Below, piece by piece: positions 8,305-19,802 of a DNA stretch of 41,812 nucleotides. The translations under genes were made by a program, and so were the position numbers. This DNA comes from Dehalococcoidia bacterium. GTDB taxonomy: Bacteria > Chloroflexota > Dehalococcoidia > Lucifugimonadales > UBA2985. Within the stretch, counting starts at the first letter, position 1. The number at the start of each line of letters is the position of its first letter. The DNA lies in contig CAUZSC010000002.1 in assembly GCA_963582505.1 (NCBI GenBank), forward strand, positions 1-41,812, in the 5' to 3' direction. Below the pieces are notes generated by a model, which was not told where the DNA came from, did no database searches, and was given only the letters and a program-made list of their open reading frames with translations.

Positions 8305-11148
8305 TTGACCGGTAACGACATAAGAGAATCATTCCTAAGGTTCTTTGAAACCAAAGGCCACTTAAGGATCTCCAGCTCCTCGCTGATACCAGCTGGAGAC
8401 CCGACACTACTCCTAACAAGTGCCGGCATGGTTCCGTTCAAGCCTTATTTCACTGGTGAACTTCAACCCCCAAGGCAGCGTCTCACTTCAGTACAAAAAT
8501 GTTTCCGTGCGACAGACATAGACTCAGTTGGAGATTCAACTCATCTAACTTTCTTTGAGATGCTAGGAAATTTCAGCGTGAGTGACTATTTCAAGGAAGA
8601 AGCTATCGGTTATGCCTGGGAATTTGTTACAGGAGAACTAGATCTGCCTCCGGGTAGATTGTGGGCAACTGTGTACATAGAAGATACCGACGCAAAAGAG
8701 ATTTGGATACGCACTGGTATCCCAGAGAAAAGAATACGAGCCTTCGGAGATGATGATAATTTCTGGGGCCCTGCTGGTGCAGAAGGTCCATGTGGACCCT
8801 GCAGTGAATTGCACTACGATTTTGGAGAAAACCACGGTTGCAAACAAAAAGATTGTGGGCCAAATTGTTTAAATGTTATAGGAACTACAAACAAAACTTG
8901 TGACAGATTTGTGGAACTATGGAACCTGGTATTTATGCAATATTATAAAAGTCAAAGTGGAGATCGCACACCCCTACCCAACCCTAATATAGATACGGGA
9001 ATGGGGCTGGAAAGATGCGCGGCAATCCTACAAGGTAAGCAAAATATATACGAAACTGATATATTCCGACCAATTATAGATAAAGTATCAGACTTATCTA
9101 ACAAGAAATATGGAATGGACTATGACATAGACTATGCTATAAGAGTAGTAGCAGAGCATGCTCGTAGTGCAACTTTCCTAATAAGTGACGGAGTGGTCCC
9201 AGGAAACGAGGGCCGCGGCTATGTCCTCAGACGAGTTATCAGGCGAGCTATCAGATATGGAAAGAAACTCGGACTAAATGAATCATTCTTGGAATCCATA
9301 GGAGCATTGGTCATTGAGATTATGGCAGATCAATACCCAGATTTGAGCGACAGACAGAAATTTGTCCTTAGAGTACTAGGACTTGAAGAAGAACGCTTTG
9401 TCAGTGTTATGTACGCAGGTTTGTCAATGCTAGAAGGTTCCCTAGTCCCCATAAGAATCGAAGCTATTAAATTGGCAAATCAATTAAGTGAAAGAAATAT
9501 TGCACAAGCAGAAGCCAGGATAGCAGATATTGTCGAAAAACATGATAGCAGAATGCCTGATTGGCTAAGATCATCCATATTAGATGATCTTTTATTACCT
9601 ATTCGCTCAAACGACATAGACAGTTTCATACAGATATCAAAGAGATTAAGCGGTAAAGAAATCTTCGCATTGTCAGATACTTTCGGATTCCCGTTCGAAC
9701 TTACGGAAGAGATAGTACGTGAATCAAATTTATATATAGATATAATTGGGTTTCGTAAGGAATTGGAAGACCAACGCAACAGGGCTAGATCAGCATCTGG
9801 AAAGTTTGAAGGAGATTTTGATACGAATAGGAAATATCAAGATCTAGATATTAAAGCCACCAGCTTCCATGGATATACTACACTAAATACTGATACAGTA
9901 GTTGCAGCTATATTCGTAGGTACCGAGCAGGTTGGTCAAGCTGCTAAAGGACAAATTGCAGAAATTGTATTATTAGAAACACCATTTTATGCGGAGATGG
10001 GTGGCCAAACAGGTGATACTGGCACAATTATTGGTGAACGCTGTCAATTGGAAGTTATAGACACACAATCTCCAATATCTGGCCTCACAATACATAAATG
10101 TAATGTTTCTTCTGGCAACATCACCTTGGGAGATAACGTTACAGCTATAGTAGAATCGCATAACAGAGCAGATACAGCTAGGAATCACACAGCTACACAC
10201 TTATTACACTCGGCTCTACGTGCGGTACTAGGAGCACATGTACGCCAACACGGTTCGTTAGTCGCATCAGACAGACTACGATTCGATTTCACTCATGTAA
10301 GCGCCATCACAACAGATGAGCTAGATGCAATACAAAACCTAGTGAATCAAAAAATCCGGGAAAACATTGAAGTATCCGTGAATCAAACCACTTACAGGCA
10401 AGCGGTTTCAGACGGGGCGATTGCGTTTTTTGGAGACAGGTATGGTGATAGTGTTAGGGTTATAGAGGTAGGGCCAAAGGGAAATCAGCCATTTAGCCTA
10501 GAAGTATGCGGTGGCACCCATGTTCATAGGACTGGAGAACTTGGATACTGCCACATAATATCCGAAAACAGTATCGGTGCTGGCTTGCGCAGAATAGAAG
10601 CAGTAACTGGAAGGTCCGCAGAAATATTGATACAAAATTTGTCCAAGACACTAGATACACTATCGTTGCGTCTACAGTCCCCCATAGATCAGATCCTGTC
10701 ACGAACCGATAGTATGATTGCCGAACTTGATCACACAAGAAAATCAGCCATTGAACTAGAGAGACAACTTCTGAAGCAAGATGTAAATGAATTACAAGTA
10801 ATTGACCTAGATGGCATTAATATTGCTTACGGACGGCTTAATGTTTCTAGCACTGACCTGCTTAGGGAAGCTGGAGACTGGCTTAGGAATCGTATCAAGA
10901 CTGGTATTATAGTAGTAGGCACTGTACTAGATCAAAAACCTATCTTAATGATAATGTCCACCAAAGATGTAACTGACTTGGGATTTCACGCTGGTAACAC
11001 TGTGAGTGAAGCAGCAATAGCAATGGATGGTAAGGGTGGAGGGCGGCCTGACATGGCTCAAGCCGGTGGAGATAATCCTGACAAACTAGACAATGCACTC
11101 CAGCAAGCAAAGGAGGTGATAACTAAATGGAGGAAAACCCTAGGTTAA
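8305..11148 (+). CDS. alaS: Alanine--tRNA ligase (TTG start).
   Basis: N-terminus IRESFLRFFETKGH; class II motifs FFEMLGNFS and FMQY; editing/second-site HTATHLLH and CGGTHV; C-terminal DHHA1-like KGGGRPDMAQAGG. At 947 aa it is longer than the ~875 aa I recall for E. coli or B. subtilis. Confidence 0.95.
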   Translation: MTGNDIRESFLRFFETKGHLRISSSSLIPAGDPTLLLTSAGMVPFKPYFTGELQPPRQRLTSVQKCFRATDIDSVGDSTHLTFFEMLGNFSVSDYFKEEAIGYAWEFVTGELDLPPGRLWATVYIEDTDAKEIWIRTGIPEKRIRAFGDDDNFWGPAGAEGPCGPCSELHYDFGENHGCKQKDCGPNCLNVIGTTNKTCDRFVELWNLVFMQYYKSQSGDRTPLPNPNIDTGMGLERCAAILQGKQNIYETDIFRPIIDKVSDLSNKKYGMDYDIDYAIRVVAEHARSATFLISDGVVPGNEGRGYVLRRVIRRAIRYGKKLGLNESFLESIGALVIEIMADQYPDLSDRQKFVLRVLGLEEERFVSVMYAGLSMLEGSLVPIRIEAIKLANQLSERNIAQAEARIADIVEKHDSRMPDWLRSSILDDLLLPIRSNDIDSFIQISKRLSGKEIFALSDTFGFPFELTEEIVRESNLYIDIIGFRKELEDQRNRARSASGKFEGDFDTNRKYQDLDIKATSFHGYTTLNTDTVVAAIFVGTEQVGQAAKGQIAEIVLLETPFYAEMGGQTGDTGTIIGERCQLEVIDTQSPISGLTIHKCNVSSGNITLGDNVTAIVESHNRADTARNHTATHLLHSALRAVLGAHVRQHGSLVASDRLRFDFTHVSAITTDELDAIQNLVNQKIRENIEVSVNQTTYRQAVSDGAIAFFGDRYGDSVRVIEVGPKGNQPFSLEVCGGTHVHRTGELGYCHIISENSIGAGLRRIEAVTGRSAEILIQNLSKTLDTLSLRLQSPIDQILSRTDSMIAELDHTRKSAIELERQLLKQDVNELQVIDLDGINIAYGRLNVSSTDLLREAGDWLRNRIKTGIIVVGTVLDQKPILMIMSTKDVTDLGFHAGNTVSEAAIAMDGKGGGRPDMAQAGGDNPDKLDNALQQAKEVITKWRKTLG

Positions 11149-11567
11149 GATTGATTGGGTTAGATGTTGGCGACAAACGTATAGGAGTTGCTATTAGTGA
11201 TCCGACTTGCACAATATCGTCACCTCTTCCAGCAATAAACAGGAACACCCTAGAAAAAGATATCAAATTAGTATTAGATATAGCAGAAACTCACAATGCT
11301 AGGACAATTGTAGTTGGTCTCCCAATATCTCTCAATGGTAGTATAGGACCGCAAGCTAAAAAAATTAAATCGTTCATCAAAGACTTGGCTAGAAGTTCTA
11401 CCATACCCATTGAGTCACAGGATGAACGATTCTCTACGTTGGAAGCAGAAAGACTACTCAGGGAAAGTGGACATCAACCTTCTAGGAATCGTGGCTTGAC
11501 TGACTCCGCATCTGCAGCGGTTATATTGCAATCTTATATCGATAGCCAAGGATATCCAAACATTTAA
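11127..11567 (+). CDS. ruvX: Putative pre-16S rRNA nuclease / Holliday-junction-resolvase-like YqgF (RuvX).
   Basis: LIGLDVGDKRIGVAISD N-terminus; ERFSTLEAE; 146 aa. It overlaps the alaS end by 22 nt. A full AAGGAGGTGAT Shine-Dalgarno sequence lies at about 11110. Confidence 0.85.
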   Translation: MEENPRLRLIGLDVGDKRIGVAISDPTCTISSPLPAINRNTLEKDIKLVLDIAETHNARTIVVGLPISLNGSIGPQAKKIKSFIKDLARSSTIPIESQDERFSTLEAERLLRESGHQPSRNRGLTDSASAAVILQSYIDSQGYPNI

Positions 11568-11644
11568 GTTCTGTTCTTGATGCCTTTTGTGCAGACTGGT
11601 ATACTTCTTCTCTACTTCAAATTGATGTCGAATCTAGATTTTAT

Positions 11645-12505
11645 ATGAGTAAGAAAGTATTTCTGATAGGTCACCCAGTAGGCCATTCTATCTCACCAGC
11701 ATTCCAACAAGCTGCATTAGATCACTATGGGCTAGATGTAATATATGAGGCAGTAGACATAGATAGTGAAGCTTTAGAAGGAACTATACAAAAACTCAGA
11801 CACAGGGATGTACTGGGTGCCAATATAACTGTACCCCACAAGGAATCAGTAATACCAATGCTGGACAACGCACTAGGAGATGTAGCTGCTATAGGTGCAG
11901 TGAATACTATATTAAACAAAGATGGTGTCTTAACTGGATACAATACCGATGCCATTGGTTTCCTACAGTCCCTAAGGAAACATGGTGAATTAGAGCCCGC
12001 AGGAAAATCCGTACTAATACTTGGGGCTGGAGGTTCTGCTCGTGCTGTATCTGTCGCTCTAGCAAAAGAAGGTGCCTCATCAATATTTGTAGCAAATCGC
12101 GACCTACAGCGGGCTCAACGTCTAGTGGACACTCTCAGACCACTTGGCAATTTCTCTGGGGCAGTTGCACTAGATTCACAATCAATGAAATCCATAGCGT
12201 CTAATAGCGACATTATAGTTAACTGTACTCCGCTAGGAATGCACGGCAGTACAGGAGCTACACTATCTCCAATAGATACAGATTTGATATCGCAGAAAGC
12301 TTTAGTGGTTGATTTGGTGTACAATCCATCTGAAACGCCCCTCCTTCATCGTGCTAGGCGTATTGGAGCTAAAACTTTAGGCGGATTATATATGCTAGTC
12401 TATCAGGGTAGTGCATCATTCAAGATCTGGACGGATCTCGACCCACCGCTAGAAATAATGTTTGAAATAGCTAATAAGGCACTGGCAGAAAAATACACAA
12501 ACTAA
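11645..12505 (+). CDS. aroE: Shikimate 5-dehydrogenase.
   Basis: IGHPVGHSISP, GANITVPHK, GYNTD, and the GAGGSARA NADP-binding loop. Confidence 0.9.
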   Translation: MSKKVFLIGHPVGHSISPAFQQAALDHYGLDVIYEAVDIDSEALEGTIQKLRHRDVLGANITVPHKESVIPMLDNALGDVAAIGAVNTILNKDGVLTGYNTDAIGFLQSLRKHGELEPAGKSVLILGAGGSARAVSVALAKEGASSIFVANRDLQRAQRLVDTLRPLGNFSGAVALDSQSMKSIASNSDIIVNCTPLGMHGSTGATLSPIDTDLISQKALVVDLVYNPSETPLLHRARRIGAKTLGGLYMLVYQGSASFKIWTDLDPPLEIMFEIANKALAEKYTN

Positions 12506-12523
12506 TAATAGGAGCTTGACATT

Positions 12524-13771
12524 ATGTTACGTTTTCTAACTTCTGGAGAATCCCATGGCAAAGCACTAACTACAATTATAGAAGGTATACCTGCAAATTT
12601 ACATTTAACAGAGGACTACATAGAAAAGCATATGGCTCGACGCCAGGTAGGCTATGGTAGGGGTGGAAGGATGTTGATAGAGAAAGATAGAGCAGAGATT
12701 CTTTCAGGTGTTCGTCACGGTCTTACAATGGGCTCGCCAATTGGTATGCACATCATTAACCGTGATTTTTCTACTGGTACTGGACCTGACGGAGTACCAT
12801 GGTTAGATGAAATGAATGTGAACCCATCTGATGTACCTTTTGAATCTATTACGAGTTTACGACCTGGCCATGCCGACACACCTGGCATTGCCAAGTATAT
12901 GCAGACTGATGCAAGAAATATATTAGAAAGATCTAGTGCTAGGGAAAGCGCGGCAAGGGTAGCAGCTGGGGCAGTGGCAAGAAGATTTTTGGAAGAGTTT
13001 GGCATACAGGTTAATGGACATGTACTCTGTATAGGTGGAATACACGCTCAAATACCAGAAATGATTGATTGGGAATCTCTAGAGGCGACTCCATACCACA
13101 GAGAGAATACTGATGGCTCAAAAATAGCTGCTGTAAGATGTGCTGACCCTGTTGCAGCTACAAGAATGATAGACGAAATTGATTCTGCCCGAGAGGCAGG
13201 TGATAGTCTTGGAGGAATCATAGAGGTTATAGTAACTGGCCTCCCTATAGGCTTAGGAAGCCATATTCAGTGGGACAGAAAATTAACCACTCGTCTAGGT
13301 GCAGCAGTTATGAGTATAAATGCCGTCAAGGGCGTGGAATTTGGTGCAGGTTTTACACAAGCAGACCTTAGAGGTTCTCAAGTTCATGATGTCATAAAGC
13401 CCCAATCGGAATGGGAAAAGAACAAAGAAGGATGGCTTAATCCATGGCCAAGGAGGACCAACAATTCTGGGGGATTGGAAGGTGGAATGACAACAGGAGA
13501 ACCTTTAGTAGTGAGAGCTGTGGTAAAGCCTATAGCAACAATCATAAATGGGCTTGCAACTGTTAATTTGACAAGTGGGGACTTTGTAGAAAAAGCCCAT
13601 TTCGAGAGAAGTGATATTACTTTTGTGCCAACATGCGCAGTGATTGAAGAAGCAATGGTCTCACTCGTCCTAGCAGACGCTATGCTAGAAAAATTTGGTG
13701 GCGACTATATGGATGAAATAAAGCGAAACTGGCGCGGATACATGAATACTACCGGCCCTATATCCTCTTAA
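12524..13771 (+). CDS. aroC: Chorismate synthase.
   Basis: FLTSGESHG, GYGRGGRM, RPGHAD, SINAVKGVEFG. Confidence 0.95.
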   Translation: MLRFLTSGESHGKALTTIIEGIPANLHLTEDYIEKHMARRQVGYGRGGRMLIEKDRAEILSGVRHGLTMGSPIGMHIINRDFSTGTGPDGVPWLDEMNVNPSDVPFESITSLRPGHADTPGIAKYMQTDARNILERSSARESAARVAAGAVARRFLEEFGIQVNGHVLCIGGIHAQIPEMIDWESLEATPYHRENTDGSKIAAVRCADPVAATRMIDEIDSAREAGDSLGGIIEVIVTGLPIGLGSHIQWDRKLTTRLGAAVMSINAVKGVEFGAGFTQADLRGSQVHDVIKPQSEWEKNKEGWLNPWPRRTNNSGGLEGGMTTGEPLVVRAVVKPIATIINGLATVNLTSGDFVEKAHFERSDITFVPTCAVIEEAMVSLVLADAMLEKFGGDYMDEIKRNWRGYMNTTGPISS

Positions 13772-13795
13772 GTTAAGTATAAAAATAAATTGACT

Positions 13796-13841
13796 ACAAA
13801 TAGAGAGCGGTCCAATATGCAAAGGACCGCTCTCTATTTGT
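13796..13841 (+). terminator. Strong stem-loop terminator after aroC.
   Basis: Perfect 18-bp stem (13796-13813 pairs with 13824-13841) with a 10-nt loop, 25 nt after the aroC stop. The T-tract is partly inside the stem (TATTTGTT). Confidence 0.7.
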
Positions 13842-13934
13842 TAACAGGCACAATAGCCCTAGGCAATGCTATGGATATGTTAATATAGTTAAAGTCATTT
13901 TATTAACTTTCCATAGATTATTCTCTCATATATA

Positions 13935-13963
13935 TTGACATATACACTATATCCTATTATATT
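13935..13963 (+). promoter_or_regulatory. Sigma70-type promoter candidate for the J-protein/hspR(/clpC) unit.
   Basis: TTGACA (13935-13940), a 17-nt spacer, then TATATT (13958-13963). The start codon is at 13987. The region is very AT-rich, so a chance match is possible. Confidence 0.4.
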
Positions 13964-13986
13964 GTTGCTATAGAATGATGTATTAG

Positions 13987-14898
13987 ATGTACAAAGATTA
14001 TTACGATTTGCTGGGAGTGGATTTAAATGCCTCTTTGAAAGATATCAAGCAGGCATACAAACGTTTGGTGCGTCAATTCCATCCTGAGATTAACATATAT
14101 GAAGATACAACTGATAAGTTCTTGCGAATAAATCAAGCATATAACATATTATCCAAGCACACTTTACACAGCGATTACGACAGAGATCCCAACCGCTGGT
14201 TTTATATAGCGAATAATAGCGAATTAAATACTAATCGAAATGTTGATATTCCTTTGATAGAAAATGATCTGAATAACCTACTATCAACAGAGATATCTTA
14301 TTTCAATAACATTCTTCAGGGATATATGAACCGGGGCCTAGCATCTGAAGTACATCACAAATTATCCGAAACTAGGAAATCTGCTGAATATCCTATGGAA
14401 ATAACCCTCGAAGAATCATTTAATGGAATAACAAAAACCTTACCAATAAACTACGGCATTAATGGAGTGCGGTTAAACCTCACAGTTACTATACCTCGAG
14501 GCATAGAAGACGGAACCAAAATACTTTTGAATACTGGAGATATCCTGGTACCAGAAGATATCTATGTTGTTGTAAAGATACAGCCCCATAGATATTTCAT
14601 TAGGGACGGCCAAAATCTCCATAGCAAAATATCTATAGACTTAGTAGATTCAATACTAGGAACAGAAATTGAAATCCCAACGATAACCGGCAATGTATTG
14701 CTTAATATACCACCTGGAACACAAACCGGTATCGTATTCAGGTTGTCTGGAAAAGGTATGCCTATATTAGGAAATAATAATCATAGAGCTGGTAATTTAT
14801 ACTTATCTATAAGCATTAATTACCCCAAGAATTTGTCAACTGAAGAAAAGGATCTCTTATTATTATTAAAGTATATGCAAAATAATAGAACCGGATAA
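13987..14898 (+). CDS. CbpA-like J-domain co-chaperone: a J domain plus DnaJ C-terminal substrate-binding domains, with no Gly/Phe region and no zinc finger.
   Basis: N-terminal J domain DYYDLLGVDLNASLKDIKQAYKRLVRQFHPE.... The C-terminal DnaJ_C-like region includes ITLEESFNGITKTL... and GNLYLSISINYPKNLSTEEKDLL. No CxxCxGxG repeats are present. Confidence 0.8.
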   Translation: MYKDYYDLLGVDLNASLKDIKQAYKRLVRQFHPEINIYEDTTDKFLRINQAYNILSKHTLHSDYDRDPNRWFYIANNSELNTNRNVDIPLIENDLNNLLSTEISYFNNILQGYMNRGLASEVHHKLSETRKSAEYPMEITLEESFNGITKTLPINYGINGVRLNLTVTIPRGIEDGTKILLNTGDILVPEDIYVVVKIQPHRYFIRDGQNLHSKISIDLVDSILGTEIEIPTITGNVLLNIPPGTQTGIVFRLSGKGMPILGNNNHRAGNLYLSISINYPKNLSTEEKDLLLLLKYMQNNRTG

Positions 14899-14903
14899 TT
14901 ACT

Positions 14904-15248
14904 ATGACTAATCTCTCAGACAAACAATCTATAGACGATAATGATCCCTGCTATGTCATAAGTGTAGTGGCGAGAATGTTGCATGTCCATACCCAGACTT
15001 TGAGGTATTACGAAAAAGAAGGACTACTTGAACCTGCACGGTCGAAAGGTAATATAAGATTGTACTCTCGAAGTGATATCGACAAATTACGGAAGATAAA
15101 GACTTTAATAGATGACTTGGGTATTAACTTAGCAGGTGTGCAAGTCGTACTCCATATGACAGATCGCATGTATAGCATGGAACAAGAATTAAAGAGACTC
15201 AATCAGGAACTCCAATATCTTAGAGCCGCCCAGCAAAAGCAGAATTAA
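14904..15248 (+). CDS. hspR: MerR-family heat-shock regulator, HspR-like.
   Basis: The MerR helix-turn-helix region [50 protein letters not shown]...GINLAGV closely resembles HspR proteins. It sits directly after a J-protein gene, as in known cbpA-hspR and dnaK-operon arrangements. Confidence 0.8.
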   Translation: MTNLSDKQSIDDNDPCYVISVVARMLHVHTQTLRYYEKEGLLEPARSKGNIRLYSRSDIDKLRKIKTLIDDLGINLAGVQVVLHMTDRMYSMEQELKRLNQELQYLRAAQQKQN

Positions 15249-15294
15249 TCCTCAGCAACAAGTAAATAATAACCCTAATAGAGGAGATACACAT

Positions 15295-17742
15295 ATGGTT
15301 TTACAACCGGATCATTTCACAGAACAAGGACAGGAAGCACTAGCACTGTCACAAGAAATAATACAAAGGTATCAGCATAGTCAATGGGATGTAGAACATA
15401 TATTCCTAGCTTTGTTAGAGATTACAAATAGCGTACCAGTAGACATTTTGAGTTCACTCGGTGTCAATATAGCCACTATCAAAAACAGTGTGATAGTGGC
15501 TTTAAGTGAAACTAATAAAACCACACATGACGCTGCTCAAATATATATGACACCCAGGTGTCAGGATTTGTTAGATAATGCCAAAGCTGAAGCAGATCGA
15601 TTGAAAGATGAATATATAGGTGCAGAGCATCTATTAATAGGCATAACTTTGGAATCACAAGGGGCTTCAAACGCAATATTGAAAGATTTTGGCATAGATA
15701 AAGAAAAAGTCTACAGAGCCCTTGTAAATATAAGAGGAGCCCACAGAGTGACAGATCCAAGAGCCGAGAGCAGATATCATTCCTTAGAAAAATTCAGTGT
15801 AGATCTTACTGAGTTAGCACAAAAAGGTAAAGTAGATCCTGTCATAGGTAGAGACTCAGAGGTTAGAAGAGTCATGCAGACACTCACGCGGAGAACCAAG
15901 AATAATCCAGTGCTTATAGGAGAGGCTGGTGTAGGCAAAACAGCTATAGCTGAAGGCCTAGCATCTCGCATAGTATCTGGCAATGTACCGGATATACTAA
16001 AAAACAGGCGTGTGTTGGCACTAGATATAGGAGCAATGATTGCTGGAAGTAAATTCAGAGGCGAATTTGAAGAAAGACTCAAAAGTGTAATGGAAGAGGT
16101 TAAGGAAGCAAAGGGAGAGGTGATCTTATTCATAGACGAGATACATACTGTAGTAGGAGCAGGAGCTGCCGAAGGAGCTATAGATGCAAGTAATTTGATG
16201 AAACCTGCCCTTGCAAGAGGAGAGTTACAATGCATTGGTGCTACGACAATAGATGAATATCGCAAACATATAGAAAGAGACGCTGCTCTAGAGCGACGAT
16301 TCCAGCCCATATATATCGAAGAACCAGACGTGGTAACAGCAATTAGCATGTTGAAGGGACTTTCACCTAGATATGAAGCTCACCATAAAGTAAAAATAGA
16401 AGACTCTGCACTAGAAGCAGCAGTACATCTAAGCCATCGTTACATACCAGGCAGACAGTTGCCAGATAAAGCTGTAGACCTAATAGATGAAGCCGCTAGT
16501 AAATTGCGAATAGATTCAGAAAGTCTGCCCCTAAACCTCAAGGTAACGGAAGACAAAATACAACAGTTTTTGCACCAAGAGGAAGCAGCCTCACAGATGG
16601 CAAATTACGAAAAAGCTGCCGTATTAAGAACTGACAGATTGCGATTAGAAAGCGAATATAGCGGTGAACGAGACAAATGGGACAGTGATAATAAAATTGA
16701 TATGGTTGTTGATGCCGAGGCGATTGCTACACTTATATCACAATGGACAGGCATCCCAGTGAGTCAAATGATTGAGGGAGAAGCCGAAAGATTGCTACAT
16801 ATGGAAGAGAGATTGCATGACAGAATCATAGGTCAGGACCAAGCTATCAAGGCAATATCTGAGGCCGTACGCAGATCCCGTGCAGGACTCAAAGATCCAA
16901 CTAGACCTATCGGAAGTTTTATATTCCTAGGTCCAACAGGGGTAGGAAAGACTCAACTTGCCAGATCTCTTGCTCATTTATTATTTAACCACGAAGAGAA
17001 TATGATAAGAATAGATATGTCTGAATATATGGAGAAACATACTGTATCCAGACTTATAGGTGCACCTCCAGGTTATGTAGGATATGACGAAGGTGGACAG
17101 CTAACTGAAGCTGTGAGAAGAAGACCTTTCAGAGTTATATTATTTGACGAGATAGAAAAAGCTCATCCAGACGTGTTTAATATTCTCTTGCAAATACTGG
17201 AGGATGGCAGACTCACAGATGGTCAGGGAAGGACTGTAGATTTTCGTAATACCTTGATAATAATGACTAGTAATCTTGGTACCAGTGAAATAGGTCGGCC
17301 GCAAGTTATGGGGTTCAAGTTGGAAGGAGATTCTATAAAAGAGAAGAACCAACTAAGGGCCTCTATAGAGGATTCCCTGAAAAAAACATTCAAGCCAGAA
17401 CTCCTTAACCGTATAGACGAAATAGTTATCTTTGATCAACTTACTCAGGGTCAAATCGAGGAAATAGTGGATATTCTATTGGTAGATTTACAAGATAGAC
17501 TCTCAGAGAAAAATATATCAATAAGCATAGACACAGCAGCCAAGTCTTGGATTGCAAAAGAGGGATTCGATAAAATGTTTGGCGCACGCCCGTTAAGAAG
17601 AGCCATGCAACGCTACGTAGAGAATGTCTTATCAAATAAAATTTTGTCTGGTGATATCAAAGATGGTGATAATGTAAGCATAAGTACAGATGAAAATGGA
17701 TTATCATTCATTGTACAATCATATGCCAGAATGGCAGTATAG
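15295..17742 (+). CDS. clpC: ATP-dependent Clp protease ATP-binding subunit, ClpC type (class I Hsp100).
   Basis: Clp_N repeats at the N-terminus. Two Walker A loops ([15 protein letters not shown]; [15 protein letters not shown]). The middle domain is short with a UVR-like [10 protein letters not shown] (ClpC-like, not the long ClpB coiled coil). A ClpP-docking-type VMGF loop is present. Length 815 aa. Confidence 0.85.
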   Translation: MVLQPDHFTEQGQEALALSQEIIQRYQHSQWDVEHIFLALLEITNSVPVDILSSLGVNIATIKNSVIVALSETNKTTHDAAQIYMTPRCQDLLDNAKAEADRLKDEYIGAEHLLIGITLESQGASNAILKDFGIDKEKVYRALVNIRGAHRVTDPRAESRYHSLEKFSVDLTELAQKGKVDPVIGRDSEVRRVMQTLTRRTKNNPVLIGEAGVGKTAIAEGLASRIVSGNVPDILKNRRVLALDIGAMIAGSKFRGEFEERLKSVMEEVKEAKGEVILFIDEIHTVVGAGAAEGAIDASNLMKPALARGELQCIGATTIDEYRKHIERDAALERRFQPIYIEEPDVVTAISMLKGLSPRYEAHHKVKIEDSALEAAVHLSHRYIPGRQLPDKAVDLIDEAASKLRIDSESLPLNLKVTEDKIQQFLHQEEAASQMANYEKAAVLRTDRLRLESEYSGERDKWDSDNKIDMVVDAEAIATLISQWTGIPVSQMIEGEAERLLHMEERLHDRIIGQDQAIKAISEAVRRSRAGLKDPTRPIGSFIFLGPTGVGKTQLARSLAHLLFNHEENMIRIDMSEYMEKHTVSRLIGAPPGYVGYDEGGQLTEAVRRRPFRVILFDEIEKAHPDVFNILLQILEDGRLTDGQGRTVDFRNTLIIMTSNLGTSEIGRPQVMGFKLEGDSIKEKNQLRASIEDSLKKTFKPELLNRIDEIVIFDQLTQGQIEEIVDILLVDLQDRLSEKNISISIDTAAKSWIAKEGFDKMFGARPLRRAMQRYVENVLSNKILSGDIKDGDNVSISTDENGLSFIVQSYARMAV

Positions 17743-17811
17743 ATATAAAATTGAGATATCTCAATATAAGATATAAGCCTTATTATATTAATTTAAAGCA
17801 TAAAGGAAATA

Positions 17812-18390
17812 ATGTTCCGGTTTAATATAATATTTATCAAATACGAAACTTGGGTAAGAAGACTATCATTAATGTTAGTATTGTTAATAATTTTATTAAC
17901 ATTTGCTTTCAAAGATAACCTGCCTGATATTGACACAATTGGCTACCTTGGTGTTTTTGTGCTCAGCCTTGTAGGAAGTGCGTCAATACTTGTACCTATA
18001 CCAGGAACTGCAGCAATATGTGTTGGACCTGGGTTGCTAGACCTGCTCCCGTTTGCAGTAGCTTTTATTGGATCAGTGGCAGAAGTTATTGGAGAAACTT
18101 CAAGCTATATTATAGGATATGGTAGTCGAGGACTCGCTGAACATAACAGATTCTATAAACGTATAGAGTTCTGGATGCAGAGAAAAGGCAGCCTATTTAT
18201 TTTCCTTATGTGCTGTATACCAAACCCACTCTTTGATATAGTAGGGATAGCTGCTGGAACTCTTAAATTCCCAATTAGAAGATTCTTAATCTCAGTCTGG
18301 GTAGGCAAGCTTGTAAAGGGATTATTGATCTCTTACTCCTGCTTCTATGGATTTGATTTGGCAATAGAATTCTTTGGATCTGGAGAGTGA
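17812..18390 (+). CDS. DedA/YqaA-type (VTT-domain) integral membrane protein.
   Basis: A 192-aa polytopic protein: GYLGVFVLSLVGSASILVPIPG..., re-entrant-like G-rich segments, PNPLFDIVGIAAG. Confidence 0.65.
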   Translation: MFRFNIIFIKYETWVRRLSLMLVLLIILLTFAFKDNLPDIDTIGYLGVFVLSLVGSASILVPIPGTAAICVGPGLLDLLPFAVAFIGSVAEVIGETSSYIIGYGSRGLAEHNRFYKRIEFWMQRKGSLFIFLMCCIPNPLFDIVGIAAGTLKFPIRRFLISVWVGKLVKGLLISYSCFYGFDLAIEFFGSGE

Positions 18391-18397
18391 GTGATAA

Positions 18398-19783
<1,386 letters not shown>

Positions 19784-19802
19784 TCAGTATCTCTGATAAG
19801 AA

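Noticed and set aside
13842-13986. A canonical HspR operator (HAIR, CTTGAGT-N7-ACTCAAG) upstream of the J-protein/hspR genes or of clpC (15249-15294).
   Set aside because: I could not find the motif by eye. Only AT-rich imperfect symmetry is present, which I report separately as a low-interest finding.
15777-16349. A 190-aa minus-strand ORF inside clpC. The same kind of ORF appears at 20890..21402 and 21333..21863 (inside or across the dehydrogenase gene), at 26155..26598 (inside the binding-protein gene) and at 39957..40376 (inside transketolase C).
   Set aside because: All lie antisense to, or out of frame with, strongly supported genes. None has motifs or ribosome-binding sites. They are typical shadow ORFs.
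17750-17765. A 16-nt palindrome ATTGAGATATCTCAAT just after clpC, as a possible terminator.
   Set aside because: It allows only a ~6-bp AT-rich stem once a loop is included, and there is no clear U-tract. That is too weak to call, so I leave it unannotated.
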